Of a stretch of DNA of 64,000 bases, positions 44,765 through 56,136 are shown in pieces. Source of the stretch: Candidatus Bathyarchaeota archaeon (GTDB lineage: Archaea; Thermoproteota; Bathyarchaeia; 40CM-2-53-6); NCBI GenBank assembly GCA_963833125.1, contig CAWHWX010000014.1, forward strand, positions 32,001 through 96,000, in the 5' to 3' direction. A program made the position numbers and the translations under genes. Under the pieces are notes generated by a model. It worked only from the letters and a program-made list of their open reading frames with translations. It made no database searches and was not told where the DNA came from. The stretch's first letter is position 1. The number at the start of each line of letters is the position of its first letter.

Positions 44765-44779
44765 TACTGTAGTAAAGTA
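44765..44779. promoter_or_regulatory. TACT-N7-AGTA palindrome in divergent promoter
   Basis: TACTgtagtaaAGTA between the Rieske/DoxX operon and the HxlR-family gene. Confidence 0.45.
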
Positions 44780-44826
44780 AGCATATTAACCTGAGCTAAC
44801 CCTAAGGTAACTAGGTTCGACGGAAA

Positions 44827-45225
44827 ATGCCAGCCCACTTGAAACTGAGAGCAATAGAGCATGACGCTGACAATTGCCCAGCCGTTGGCGCAATAAAGAC
44901 TATCGTTACTGAATCGAGGCTCTTGGTTGTTAGACACTTGTTTACCGGCCCGAAACGTTTCAACGAACTCCTCCGGACGTCTGGAATAAACTCGAAAACA
45001 TTGTCAGCGACTTTGAGGTTCCTGGAACGGAACGGGATCGTCCGCAGGGAGGTCATCAATACCGCGCCCTTTAGTGTTCAATACTCTCTGACAACTTCCG
45101 GCCTCGAGCTTCAACCAGCGTTAGAAGGACTGGGAAAGTGGGGTATGAAATGGCTACCACAGTTTAACACTAAACTCGCTGCCACTCAGCACATCGCGAT
45201 CGCTCAAACTATTCCAAGTAGATGA
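44827..45225 (+). CDS. HxlR/DUF24 wHTH regulator with N-terminal Cys
   Basis: CPAV, GPKRFNEL, INSKTLS.TL..LE..GIV.R, VQYSLT. Confidence 0.9.
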   Translation: MPAHLKLRAIEHDADNCPAVGAIKTIVTESRLLVVRHLFTGPKRFNELLRTSGINSKTLSATLRFLERNGIVRREVINTAPFSVQYSLTTSGLELQPALEGLGKWGMKWLPQFNTKLAATQHIAIAQTIPSR

Positions 45226-45306
45226 ACGAAGTCGGCAAATCCTCAGCGTGAGCCACAAGTCATAAATGAAATCGGCGCAGAAGAATGGAGTTCTGAGTAG
45301 ATCGAT

Positions 45307-46149
45307 ATGGCACAGTCCACGATTACGACCAAGGACGGCACCCAGATCTATTACAAGGACTGGGGGACAGGACAACCCGTAGTCTTCAGCCACGGTTGGC
45401 CGCTGAGTGCAGACGCCTTCGAAGATCAAATGTTCTACTTGGCTTCCCGCGGCTATCGCTGCATCGCGCATGACCGCCGCGGTCATGGCCGATCGAGCCA
45501 GCCTTGGAATGGAAATGACATGAACACCTACGCTGACGACCTCGCCGCGCTCGTAGAAGCGCTCGACCTGAAGAAAGCGATCCACGTCGGCCACTCCACC
45601 GGGGGCGGCGAAGTTGCCCGCTATATCGGCCGGCACGGCTCGAAACGTGTTGCCAAAGCCGTGCTAATCGGTGCCGTGCCCCCACTGATGCTCAAGACGC
45701 CCGCGAATCCGGGCGGCTTGCCAATCGAGACGTTCGATCAGATTCGCGCGAATGTCGTCGCTGACCGCTCGCAGTTCTGGAAGGATCTCAGCTTACCCTT
45801 TTACGGATACAACCGACCAGGCGCAAAAATTTCGGAAGGCCTGCGTGAATCGTTCTGGCTCCAAGGAATGATGGCCGGATTTCCCGCCTCATACTTTTGC
45901 ATCAAAGCGTTCTCGGAGACCGATTTCACTGAAGACCTTAAGAAAATCGATGTGCCGACGCTCATCCTCCACGGCGACGATGATCAGATCGTGCCGATTG
46001 GCGCCTCGGCTATGCTTTCGTCTAAGTTGATCAAGGGCTCCACCTTGAAAATCTATCCGGGCGCACCTCATGGCATGTGCTCGACTCTGAAGGACAAGGT
46101 GAACGCGGACCTCTCGCGTTCATCAAGGCCTGAGCAATCAACACTTTAG
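45307..46149 (+). CDS. cpo: Non-heme chloroperoxidase/perhydrolase (alpha/beta hydrolase)
   Basis: [41 protein letters not shown]. Confidence 0.92.
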   Translation: MAQSTITTKDGTQIYYKDWGTGQPVVFSHGWPLSADAFEDQMFYLASRGYRCIAHDRRGHGRSSQPWNGNDMNTYADDLAALVEALDLKKAIHVGHSTGGGEVARYIGRHGSKRVAKAVLIGAVPPLMLKTPANPGGLPIETFDQIRANVVADRSQFWKDLSLPFYGYNRPGAKISEGLRESFWLQGMMAGFPASYFCIKAFSETDFTEDLKKIDVPTLILHGDDDQIVPIGASAMLSSKLIKGSTLKIYPGAPHGMCSTLKDKVNADLSRSSRPEQSTL

Positions 46150-46199
46150 GATTCGGGATAGTGTAAGGTAGTCTGATGCACCGGAGGGAGAGGAGACAT

Positions 46200-46850
46200 A
46201 TGACGAGTGAACCGATTCGTGATCCTGTTAAAGACGATCTTCTTACACCCAAGAACTCAACTCTAATCATTATCGACTATCAGCCCGTCCAAGTGAGTTC
46301 GATCGAGTCGATGGACCGTAAGCTTCTCGTAGAGAACATTGTCCGGGTCGCTAGGATAGCGAAAACGTATGGGTTACCGACTGTGCTTTCAACTGTGAAC
46401 GTGAAGACTGGCGTCAATAAACCCATGATACGTGAGGTGCAAGAAGTTTTTCCTGGGATGGAGCCGCTGGATCGTACGACGATTAATGCGTGGGAAGACG
46501 TTGAATTTATCAAGGCGGTTAAGGCAACGGGCCGCAAGAAGCTTGTCATGACCGCGTTGTGGACGGAAGCATGTCTAACTTTTCCGTCCCTCGACGCGAT
46601 TCGTGAGGGTTACGAGGTTTACCCAGTGGTGGACGCGGTCGGCGGCACCTCGGTCGAGGCGCATCGGGCGGGTCTTGAGCGAATCATTCAAGCAGGCGCG
46701 AAACCTGTAAGTTGGGTGCAATTGATCTGTGAGCTTCAACACGACTGGCAGCGGAAGGAAACGGTACCGCCATTCGTGGATATTCTGTTTCGCTCACGAG
46801 GCATAGAACCCGGCCACGAGGAATATAACCGTAACCGACGGCGGAGTTAG
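46200..46850 (+). CDS. Isochorismatase-family hydrolase (YcaC-like)
   Basis: IIDYQP, DRTTINAWED, ALWTEAC. Confidence 0.9.
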   Translation: MTSEPIRDPVKDDLLTPKNSTLIIIDYQPVQVSSIESMDRKLLVENIVRVARIAKTYGLPTVLSTVNVKTGVNKPMIREVQEVFPGMEPLDRTTINAWEDVEFIKAVKATGRKKLVMTALWTEACLTFPSLDAIREGYEVYPVVDAVGGTSVEAHRAGLERIIQAGAKPVSWVQLICELQHDWQRKETVPPFVDILFRSRGIEPGHEEYNRNRRRS

Positions 46851-46952
46851 TTGTGTAGTGCCAGAGAGAGATTTCTCAGCATCTGTTGATAGCACTAAAG
46901 AGCGTCGAGAAATCGAAATCGGGCGGAAAAGATTACTCGGAGGTTAAATCCT

Positions 46953-47910
46953 GTGCCTAAGGAGATTCTCGGCATACACCATGTCACAGCCATAACTGGG
47001 GAGCCGCAGCAAAACATCGATTTCTACGCGGGCTTTCTAGGGCTACGATTGATCAAGCTAACCGTGAACTACGACGCCCCAGAAACCTACCACCTGTACT
47101 ACGGTGATGAAAACGGCCACCCCGGTACGATTCTCACATTCTTCCCATGGCCCGGAGCTCCAAAGGGAAGAAAGGGAACAGGACAGCTTACAACCACATC
47201 TTTCTCGATGCCACACGCGAGCGTGGACTATTGGATAAAGCGCCTAACCAAACAGCGGAATACTCTTCGAAGGACCCATCGATCGTTTCGAAGAAAAGGT
47301 AATCTCATTCTCAGATCCCGACGATTTGAAGCTCGAACTGGTCGCACAAGACGGAGCGGAGAGTAGGAGTGGTTGGAATCACGGACCCGTACCACAAGAG
47401 CATGCCATCCGGGGCTTCTTCGGAGTTACTCTCTCCGAGGAGGGTTATGAGAGAACCGCGTCCCTCCTCACAGAAACAATGGGGTTCCACCTTACCAGGG
47501 AGAACGGAAACCGCTTCAGGTATGAAGTTGGAAAAGGCGGGCCCGGCGCGATGGTTGATGTTCTCTGCCAACCGGATGCGCCAACGGGGCTCGTGAGTGT
47601 GGGAACGGTACACCATGTGGCCTGGCGTACGCTAAACGACGAGCAGCAGAAGGAATGGAGAAGTGAGCTAGTTAATGCTCGATTGAACGTTACGCCCGTA
47701 ATAGATCGCAAATACTTCCACTCAATTTACTTCCGGGAACCGGGAGGAGTTCTGTTCGAGATAGCAACAGACCCACCTGGCTTCACCGTCGACGAAAAAT
47801 TGGATGAACTAGGAACTAGACTGGTACTGCCACCGTGGCTGGAACCTCTCAGGGCGCAACTCAACCAGGTACTTCCCAAGGTCAAATTGCCAACCACGCC
47901 TCAAGCCTGA
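46953..47910 (+). CDS. Ring-cleaving dioxygenase, MhqO/PcpA-like VOC family (frameshift ~47260)
   Basis: GIHHVTA, TVNYD..TYHLYYGD..G.PGT.LTFFPW, GTVHHVAWR, DRKYFHSIYFREPGGVLFEIATD. Confidence 0.9.
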
Positions 47911-47955
47911 GATCGGCGGTGAAGGTCAGAAAGGATGAAACAGTCAACACCTTAG

Positions 47956-48569
47956 TTGGGCTTCATTCATCGCTTCGAACCCGGCAACCTCGGCAGCCTC
48001 ACACTGCTTCTCCTCCACGGCACAGGGGGCAACGAAGATGACCTCATTCCGTTAGGCAAAACCCTCAACCCCGGAGCTTCGTTGCTTAGCCCCGAGGGAA
48101 GGTGCTGGAAAACGGCATGCCTCGCTTCTTTCGAAGGTTGAGCGAAGGCGTATTCGACATTGAAGATCTCAAGTTCCGCTCCAAGGAACTCGCAGATTTC
48201 GTGAAGAACGCCTCGGTCAAGTACGGGTTCGACATGGATTCCATCGTAGTGGTTGGATACTCGAACGGCGCCAACATCGCTGCGAGCATGCTGCTACTAG
48301 GGTCTCTTCTTCCCGCCGGGGCAGTCCTATTTCGCGCCATGGTACCGCTCATACCGCACGAGTTGCCCAACTTGCAGAAAATCAAAGTTTTCATCTCCGC
48401 CGGTACGTCCGACCAGATTGTCTCTAGAGGGGAGGTTGAAAGGCTCGCCAAACTGCTTGGGGACGCCCAAGCAGAGGTGACGCTCAATTGGGAGAACACC
48501 ACGCATGCCTTGACCGAGCAAGAAGTGAAGAAAGCCGCGAGCTGGTTGCTTCAGAACTTCAGGAGTTGA
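47956..48569 (+). CDS. Phospholipase/carboxylesterase, MhqD-like (frameshift ~48090)
   Basis: [24 protein letters not shown]. Confidence 0.88.
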
Positions 48570-48688
48570 TACACGAATGGTAAGGGATTTTATCGTCGAA
48601 AGCAAAGCGACGCATACTAATCTGAGACAGGGGATTGTGCGACGACTCGTCGACATGACTACCCTCTGAAACTGTAAGGACGGGATGC

Positions 48689-49862
48689 TTGGGAAGTAGC
48701 ATGCAAGCCAATCCACTCTGGCCAGTCGCAACTCGTTTTCCGGTTCTCGATGAGGATCTCAAGGTCGACGTTGCGATCGTTGGAGCTGGAATTGCTGGTA
48801 TTTCATGCGGCTTTCACTTGCAGAACGCGGGTTACAGGGTCGCCGTCATCGACAAAGAAGAAGTTGGGTCGGCTGCTACGGGCGCAAGCTCTGGGATCCT
48901 GTACTACGGTTCAGGCGGCAATTTCGTAGAGGCTGTGGAACGGTACGGGAAGGACAACGCGACTACGCTTTGGAAGGAAACAGAGAGGACGATCACTGAC
49001 CTTGTTTCATTAATAGAAAAGCATCGAATTCAATGCGGCTTTCGACACACCGGCGCAATCATGGTTGCAAAAAATGATCCGGAAAAGGCCCGAATTGAAA
49101 AAGAGCAAGCAGCGCTTCGAGAAATCGGGATACAGACTGAACAATACTCCAGCGAGTGACATTCAGAAATCATTCACCGGCAGAGAGTTCGCTTCGGGTC
49201 TCTCATTCGATATCTGCTGCGTGATTCATCCCGCGCAGTTCGCGGCAGAATTGGCGAAGAAGTTCAACGTACCAGTTTACGAAAAATCGCCAATGCTGAA
49301 ATTCACAGAAGAGAAAGAGGGCGTGACGCTTGAGTTATCTCGGGCTCGAATACGATGTGACCGTCTGGTACTCGCGACAGACCTTGAACCGTTCTATGGT
49401 TTAGAGAAACACTTCGAACAGGAGACTACCGTTGTTCTAGCCAGTCCTGAGATAGCGGCTACCAAGGAGATCTGGCCTCAAGACAAAGTGCTCTGGACGA
49501 TGGAAGACAAGTATGACATACTGTACCCCCTGGGCCAGCGCCTAGCGTTGGAATTGTATCGGGCACGGAATATCAAACAGAAACTAGCCCAATACTACGG
49601 CGGGGTAAACTTCGAGGTTCAGTACCGCTGGGGTGAGTCCTGGTCAAAGACTACGGATCTACTTCCCATTGCCGGTCCCGTGACTGATCGCGTATACGCG
49701 GCAGTTGCTATGGGTGACGAAGGAATCGTAATGGGATTCACAGTTGGAGCGAGAATGCCACTGGCATTCGACGGTCGTAAGGACCCCATTTTGAGAATGA
49801 CCTCTCCAACCCGTTTCCCGCGGTGCCTGACCTACTTCGTTCGGGTCTTTCATGCTTCCTGA
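48689..49862 (+). CDS. FAD-dependent oxidoreductase, DAO/PuuB-like (frameshift ~49150)
   Basis: DVAIVGAGIAG, ATGASSG, IHP, T.DLLPIAG. Confidence 0.8.
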
Positions 49863-51280
49863 CTCATCGCGTGTTGGAGTTGGTGGTGGTATTGTGCCGG
49901 TGTCATGAGCGCTTCGAAAGCGCGTTGAACGACCTCACTGAGCGCGGGGTGTATGTGCATGGCGTCTAGAAGTGGGCGTGCGCTTTGCTCGGGGGTGTAC
50001 ATGAGGTTGATGATCTCTTGAATCAAGACTGAAGATTGTGGCCCAATTATGTGAGCACCAATTATCTTTAGGCTGTCCTTTTCAACTATCACTTTCGCGA
50101 AGTAATTCTTCACAGCCATGGCCTCTCCCTTAGCCGTGTCCTCGTAACGCTCGAAGCCGATCAGGATATTTTCCTCACCAAATTTCTCAATCGCTTCCTT
50201 CTCCCTGAGTCCGACACTAGCAATCTCGGGGTCTGAGAAGACAGCGTGTGGGACAGCGTGATAGTCGACAGGGACTTTTTGCTTGAGTACAGCGTTGTTG
50301 TAAACCACCGTGACTTCGTGGTTGGCCTTGTGCTTGAACAGATACTTTCCGTTCGCGTCGCCGAATCCCCAGACATTTTTGGCTGAGGTTTCGAGAAAGT
50401 CATCGACCACGACCCAGCCGTCGCTGTCAGTTTTGATTCCAGCACGTTCGGGGTGAAGGATGTCGGTTGTAGGTCCTCGCCCGCAAGCAATCAATATTTC
50501 ATGAACCAGAAGAGTAGTACTCTTCCCAGTCTGTCGGTCTACCGCAACAATCTTCTTCATGCCATCGGCAGGCGCAACTTCCAAGACCTCGTAACCCGTC
50601 AGGATTGTGGCCCGCTGGCCAAGTTCCTGTTTCGCTAAAGCAGAAATCTCTGGTTCTTCTTGTGGGAGAAATTGTGGGTTCCTACCGATTATTGTGACCT
50701 TCGAGCCCATGGCCGAGAAAAAGTGTCCGTACTCAGCGGCTATGTAGCCACCCCCCACAATCGCTAAACTCTCGGGCAGCTTGGTCTCGTAAAGAATCGA
50801 GTCGCTTGTTTGGTAACCTACCTCTTTCAATCCTTTGATTGGAGAGATAGTTGGTTGGGAACCTATCGAGAGGAGAATCATGTTCGATTTAATCGTCTGA
50901 TCTTGGACTTTCAATGTGTAAGGGGCAATGAATTCAGCTGGGGCGTGGAAGTAATCGAGGTTCGGTGAACTTGAGAGGCCTTCTCTGATCGATTCAATGT
51001 CATGGTCAATTATTGTTCGCATACGTTTCATCACCTTCTCAAAACTGACTTTCTTGAGGTCAACTTCGATTCCGAAAACACCCGCATTCTGGATCGTCTG
51101 AACAACTTCAGCTGGGTAAAGTAGAATTTTCGAGGGAATGCAGCCTCGTGTCAGGCATATGCCGCCAGGCTCGTCCTTATCGATAACAGCTGCCTTGATA
51201 TTCGGGTTTCTTTGCATCATGTCATTTACTACGTAGATTCCTGATCCCGTCCCAATCGCGATGACGTCGTATTCCTTCAA
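49850..51280 (-). CDS. Flavoprotein disulfide reductase (Lpd/mycothione-reductase-like)
   Basis: GGICLTRGCIPSK, GGGYIAAE, HIHPALSE. Confidence 0.88.
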   Translation of the reverse strand: MKEYDVIAIGTGSGIYVVNDMMQRNPNIKAAVIDKDEPGGICLTRGCIPSKILLYPAEVVQTIQNAGVFGIEVDLKKVSFEKVMKRMRTIIDHDIESIREGLSSSPNLDYFHAPAEFIAPYTLKVQDQTIKSNMILLSIGSQPTISPIKGLKEVGYQTSDSILYETKLPESLAIVGGGYIAAEYGHFFSAMGSKVTIIGRNPQFLPQEEPEISALAKQELGQRATILTGYEVLEVAPADGMKKIVAVDRQTGKSTTLLVHEILIACGRGPTTDILHPERAGIKTDSDGWVVVDDFLETSAKNVWGFGDANGKYLFKHKANHEVTVVYNNAVLKQKVPVDYHAVPHAVFSDPEIASVGLREKEAIEKFGEENILIGFERYEDTAKGEAMAVKNYFAKVIVEKDSLKIIGAHIIGPQSSVLIQEIINLMYTPEQSARPLLDAMHIHPALSEVVQRAFEALMTPAQYHHQLQHAMSQEA

Positions 51281-51474
51281 CGGCTTATCATCAAAGGAAT
51301 CCTTGAACGATTGATAACAGGCTTTGGGTGTCTAGTTCGAATGATTGAATGACTTATCGAACTCTCATGGGCCGCTGAAAATGGCGGACATGCCCTGAGT
51401 TCACGCTTCCAGAAACTCAACATGTTTTAGCGAAAAGTCGTAACCGAAAATCTAACAGCGCCGCAAAGCGAAGC

Positions 51475-52753
51475 CTACTGTGAGCTTTCCACTTCCTCAC
51501 CAATCGCTGATGACAGAGAAGCGGCCAATCCTAACCATAGGGCGGCCGCGATGTAGGTCGCATAATATCCAACGTAGAACGAGATAAGGCCAGAAATAAA
51601 CGAGCCCACCATCGTAGCCATACCGACGACCGCACTGTAAACCCCTAACGCAGAGCCCTGGTTAGTCCGCCCAAGTGTGTTGAAGACCATTACGGTCGAG
51701 GCTGCATAGTAGTACGCATAGGCTATGCCAGCTCCGAGAGGGTAGAAGAATAATGCAGCACCAAGGTACGGTAAACCCGCCAGGTACAAGACCGCGATAG
51801 CGAAACCAGTGTAGCTTAACGCTCTGAGGACGAGACCCTGAACGGCCGTCCGCCTAATCCCAGTCTCCTGGATCCGTTTACCAATGTAATTGAAGGCAAA
51901 AACTTGAACAACCATTCCAACCAACAATACCGAGAAGACTTCACTGTTCGATACTCTTGCCGCAAAGAGCGACGGAACAAGTGAGGTGTTGAAGAGTCCG
52001 CTGGCAAAGTAGAATCCGCCGATCGAGAGGTAGATGAGTGCGGGTTCCCTCGTTAACCCGAACTTCACACCTCGGAATACTCGACGGAAATCAATCAGCG
52101 TCGGGATCTTAAGAAAGAGCAAAGGCAAGGCTAGGAGGCGCTGATAGAAGCTCTGTCTAACCATCACAATCATGGAACGCTCGAAGACGGTCACAGGTTC
52201 TTTGATCATCTGTACTGAAAGTCCGGCGGAAACCAACGATAGCGCCCCGAGTGCAATGACGAGTAGGTTGAGCGGGAGAAAGCCAACCCATCCAACGCTT
52301 AGCAGTAGCCCTACAGGTGACGCCTACACTTGAGATCATTGAGAAACGCGCAAATTCAGACGCCCAACTAGCTTTGGGTTGCGTCTCCATTATGAGGAGG
52401 TTTAAGGGAGTGGCGAAGGCTGATGAGAGAAATGAGAAAGCGGAGTATACAAGAATGATTCCGTAGACCGTTCGAACGAAAGCAAAGGAAAACACGATTC
52501 CCGCTATCAGAATGTAACTCCAAACTACCAGCGCTTTTCTCGTATGGATGCGGTCTGTCACGATACCCCAGAAAATCGCAGCGGGTATGCTTGCTGCCGC
52601 GAAAAGTGTAGCAGCTAGACCAATATCAAGAACTGAACCATGCAACTCAAGGATGTAAAGTTGGGCGAAAGTTCCGACAGGGCCGGTCGCCATGTTGATC
52701 GGCAGCACTGAGTAGATCCACCTGCCCGAACGCGTCCCGGTTGCTGGGTCCAA
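51475..52753 (-). CDS. MFS transporter (frameshift ~52315)
   Basis: WGIVTDRIHTRK motif A; 12 TM across two ORFs. Confidence 0.85.
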
Positions 52754-52991
52754 TTGCTATCCCTGTGCTGAATCTTAGTGCCTTGAGCAAGTTGGGACGA
52801 GGTACTGCATCTAATGAAGATGCCTCGTTCACGCAATATATTATTAGAACTGAGCATTCGTTACGTGAAAATTTATTTTGTGGTGGATTTGAAATTTCGA
52901 TAATACCTCCTTGAGCGACTATGTTAAGACGAGTATGATCAAAGATAGTGGGAATCCCGCTATTCCTGGAGTGGTTTGAAAGAGCGTTTTC

Positions 52992-54153
52992 CTAACTGGC
53001 GGAATTGATCTTCTTCCAGTCCTCTGCTAACTGCACGCGTTTAGACGATGGAGGATGTGTGTAGAATATCAGCTCGACGAGACGGTTCGGTGAGTCAACG
53101 GAGAGGCTGAGATCAGCGAGTCGTCTCTCTGCTGAAGCTTGAGCTTCTGAATCATCAGCTGCCTTGAGTGCGAACTCATCGGCTTGTCTCTCCACAATTC
53201 GAGACAGCCAGTTAGAGATTGGTTGAAGTATGAAGCTAACTCCGATCAAGGCCGCGAAGAATAATGGAATGCCCGCGGGGTCGGTGATACTGGGTAAACG
53301 TAGACACGGCCACCGCGGATCTGAGCAAGTAATCTGCAATGTAGAATGGAGGGATGATCATGATGCCGGTGATGACTGCCTCTTTCCAAATATCTTTGTT
53401 CACATAATGTCCAAGCTCATGCGCTACCACCGTGGTAATTTCTCGATGTGTGAAATTACTCAACAGAGTATCGAAGAGCACTATGGATCTACTTTTTCCC
53501 ACGCCCGAGAAGAAGGCGTTTGCTCTAATCGATCTCCGACTTTCATCTGCCACGAGTACACGGTCGACGTTGGCGGCTCCGAACTTCTTGCTCATTTGGA
53601 GTAAGTTCTCTTTCAAGTTCATGTCGGAGAGGGGACTGACTTTGTAGAAGATTGGAAGGATTACGAATGGGAGGATAATGGATAGCAGTATGGAGAAGAC
53701 GGCGAAGATTACAGCAGCGGCGACCCACCATAGCGATAGATTTCCGATTAGGTAGTAGAGAACTGAACCCCCGAGAAGTGCAAAAACTAACTCAACTCCG
53801 AGCCCCTTCAACTCATCAACAACCCAACCTTGGAGAGTTTGAGTGGACAAGCTGAACTTGTGGTCGACGACAAATCCGGAATAGAATGAGAGCGGCACTG
53901 CTGCAAGCTGAAGAACGATTACAAAAATGACAAGGTACAACCATAGCGAAATCCAATAGGAATTCGTTACAGAGTTAAGCTGTTTACTCAGTAGTAGAGA
54001 GCCGCCGGACAAGAATAGGCTGACACAGAACCCGAGTGGGATTAGGGTGCCGTTTACTAAGTCTAGGATCAGTTTTACATTTTCGTAATTCTTTGCAATG
54101 GACCTCTTGGTGGTATCGTATTGGTAATTCTCTTGAGGTTCAGTCTTCTGCAA
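52992..54153 (-). CDS. Ste24-like M48 zinc metalloprotease (frameshift ~53310)
   Basis: NAFFSG.G..R.IVLFDTLL, AHELGH, ERQADEFA, YTHPP..R. Confidence 0.9.
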
Positions 54154-54441
54154 TTGGGTCCACCGTACGATTTGATATGTTCAGGAGGGGGCCTATCGTA
54201 CATAAATGCAGGCCTCATAGCATGCGCAGAGAAATTCAGGAGCGTGCCGCTGCTAGCCGGATCCAGTAGAGGCGTGACCGCCAGGCGGAGGCTTCTCTAC
54301 TTTCTTCTTTGGCTTACGAACCATCTTAGGGTTGCCCATTCTAGGTCTATCCGTATCTTATGGCAGGGCACATAAAAAACGAATTGGCCCGGAATAGGGT
54401 GGGTTTGGAACCGGACCCAGCACCCCAGAATGGACATGGAA

Positions 54442-54909
54442 CTATGGGCTGGTCGAGGTAGAGATGAGAGTGTATTCTTGCGCTGGTTCATTTCCGCTCG
54501 ATATTGTGTAAGTTATGTTCAGCTTAACAGAATCCTTGACCATCGCACGCACGGAACAGTACTTCTCCAGCGACAACCGTATAGCACGTTCCACTGCGTC
54601 CTTTCTCAAATCTGGCCCGGAAAAGGTGTATTTGATGTCTATGCTCTCGTAGTACTTTGGATCTTCCCCGCGTCGCATGCCGCTGACGGTCATGTCAAAT
54701 TTGTCCACTTTCTGTCGTTGCCGACCCAAAATCCACTGCACGTCCATCGCTGTACAGCCCGCCAGTGCTACCAAGAAGAGTTCCATCGGGGTGAATGCTT
54801 GTCCCATCACTTCCGAGGAATCCAGTTGTATTGTCCGGTGTTCTAGTTTCACATTGAACTTCAGTGCTTCAGAATGATGGAGTTCCGCTAGGACTTGAGT
54901 TCCAGTCAT
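54442..54909 (-). CDS. OsmC family protein
   Basis: PMELFLVALAGCT, AIRLSLEKYCSV. Confidence 0.9.
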   Translation of the reverse strand: MTGTQVLAELHHSEALKFNVKLEHRTIQLDSSEVMGQAFTPMELFLVALAGCTAMDVQWILGRQRQKVDKFDMTVSGMRRGEDPKYYESIDIKYTFSGPDLRKDAVERAIRLSLEKYCSVRAMVKDSVKLNITYTISSGNEPAQEYTLISTSTSP

Positions 54910-55009
54910 GGTTTGTCTAGATTCTATGTCTCCACGACGTAGGCTTTTATTCCTCACTACTCTTGACTTGGCGCTACCAGAGAGAGTTGTTAGTTGGGAG
55001 GCGATTCAC

Positions 55010-55570
55010 GTGAAACGAGAAACCAAGTCAGCTAGCGAGTTGTGGGAGGAGGTGGGGCAGGAAGGAAAAATCGCAAGCAATGAACTGGAGCGGTTTAGCG
55101 TTTACCGGTTCTCCATAAACTACCCAGCCGTCTGCCGCTTTGAATTCAACCCGAAAACTCGCCGAGAAAAGGGAGACATAGTCGTACATTTTCCGGATAA
55201 GCAGAAAGTATTCCTATCATGGGGCAACCTCGCGGTCGTTATGAAGAAATTCCAAACGGCCAACGAATTTGCTGCCCATAGTATCAAGTCAATGGGAAAG
55301 AGTCGCAACGTTTCAAAGACCGACAAGTTGGCGGAGAAGACTCTAACGGTTAATTCCCATGAGGCGTTCTTCAATATGGTGCGATTTCAAGAATCTCCGA
55401 TGGGGTTCTTTTCTAGGGGTAAAGGAGTTTCACGTGTCACATGTTCCGTCCATCTATTCTGCCAGCAATCGTCGCGATACTTTGTCATCTACGCGCTTCT
55501 CACCCCTGCGGCTCCCGAGGATTTCGACAAACTGTTTCTTACAATGGTAGATACCTTTCACTGTCACTAA
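55010..55570 (+). CDS. Hypothetical protein (possible PsbP/Mog1-like fold)
   Basis: FSVY.FSI.YP...EFNPK...KGD N-terminus, F.CH C-terminus. Confidence 0.55.
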   Translation: MKRETKSASELWEEVGQEGKIASNELERFSVYRFSINYPAVCRFEFNPKTRREKGDIVVHFPDKQKVFLSWGNLAVVMKKFQTANEFAAHSIKSMGKSRNVSKTDKLAEKTLTVNSHEAFFNMVRFQESPMGFFSRGKGVSRVTCSVHLFCQQSSRYFVIYALLTPAAPEDFDKLFLTMVDTFHCH

Positions 55571-55869
55571 CTTGCCAGCTTCGTTAGGAATCAATCCGCG
55601 CCTCAAGGGTAGGTTACGTAGAAGCCATTCGTGAGCCAAGAAATGTGAGTTCGTCGTGCATTGCGTGAACTTATTAGGCCGGATGAACGTACCTTACGAG
55701 TAGGGCGCCTTCGGGCTGACTAGGCGCCGATTACGTTCGGGTAGTATTTAGCGGAGCCTGTAATTTTCTCTATAAACTTTATTAGCGTGGCTCCGAATGC
55801 TTGCTGGGGAAGTTTCTGGAAGCTCTGTTCCGGGCCGAATGAACCTTTTCTCCGTGGAGAAAGCGTAGT

Positions 55870-56127
55870 TTGAAGAAAAAGGAAGAAAAAGAGAGATCAT
55901 ATAATATTTTCGCGCACCAATTCGTCCCTAAACATGAATTACTTGCAAAGAAAGACGCCGAAGAATTGATGCACGAATTCCATATTCGCCCACATCAACT
56001 CCCTTACATTAAGACCAACGACCCAGTGGCAGAGACATTGGGCGCAAAGATGGGAGACATTCTGCGAATCACGCGGAAGAGCGCCACTGCCGGGGAAGTT
56101 GTCGTTTATCGTTACGTTGTCGATTAA
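55870..56127 (+). CDS. rpoH: RNA polymerase subunit H (Rpo5)
   Basis: H.FVPKHE, QLPYI...DPV, I.RKS.TAG...YRYV; TATA-like TTTATTA at 55778. Confidence 0.97.
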   Translation: MKKKEEKERSYNIFAHQFVPKHELLAKKDAEELMHEFHIRPHQLPYIKTNDPVAETLGAKMGDILRITRKSATAGEVVVYRYVVD

Positions 56128-56136
56128 GGTGATATT

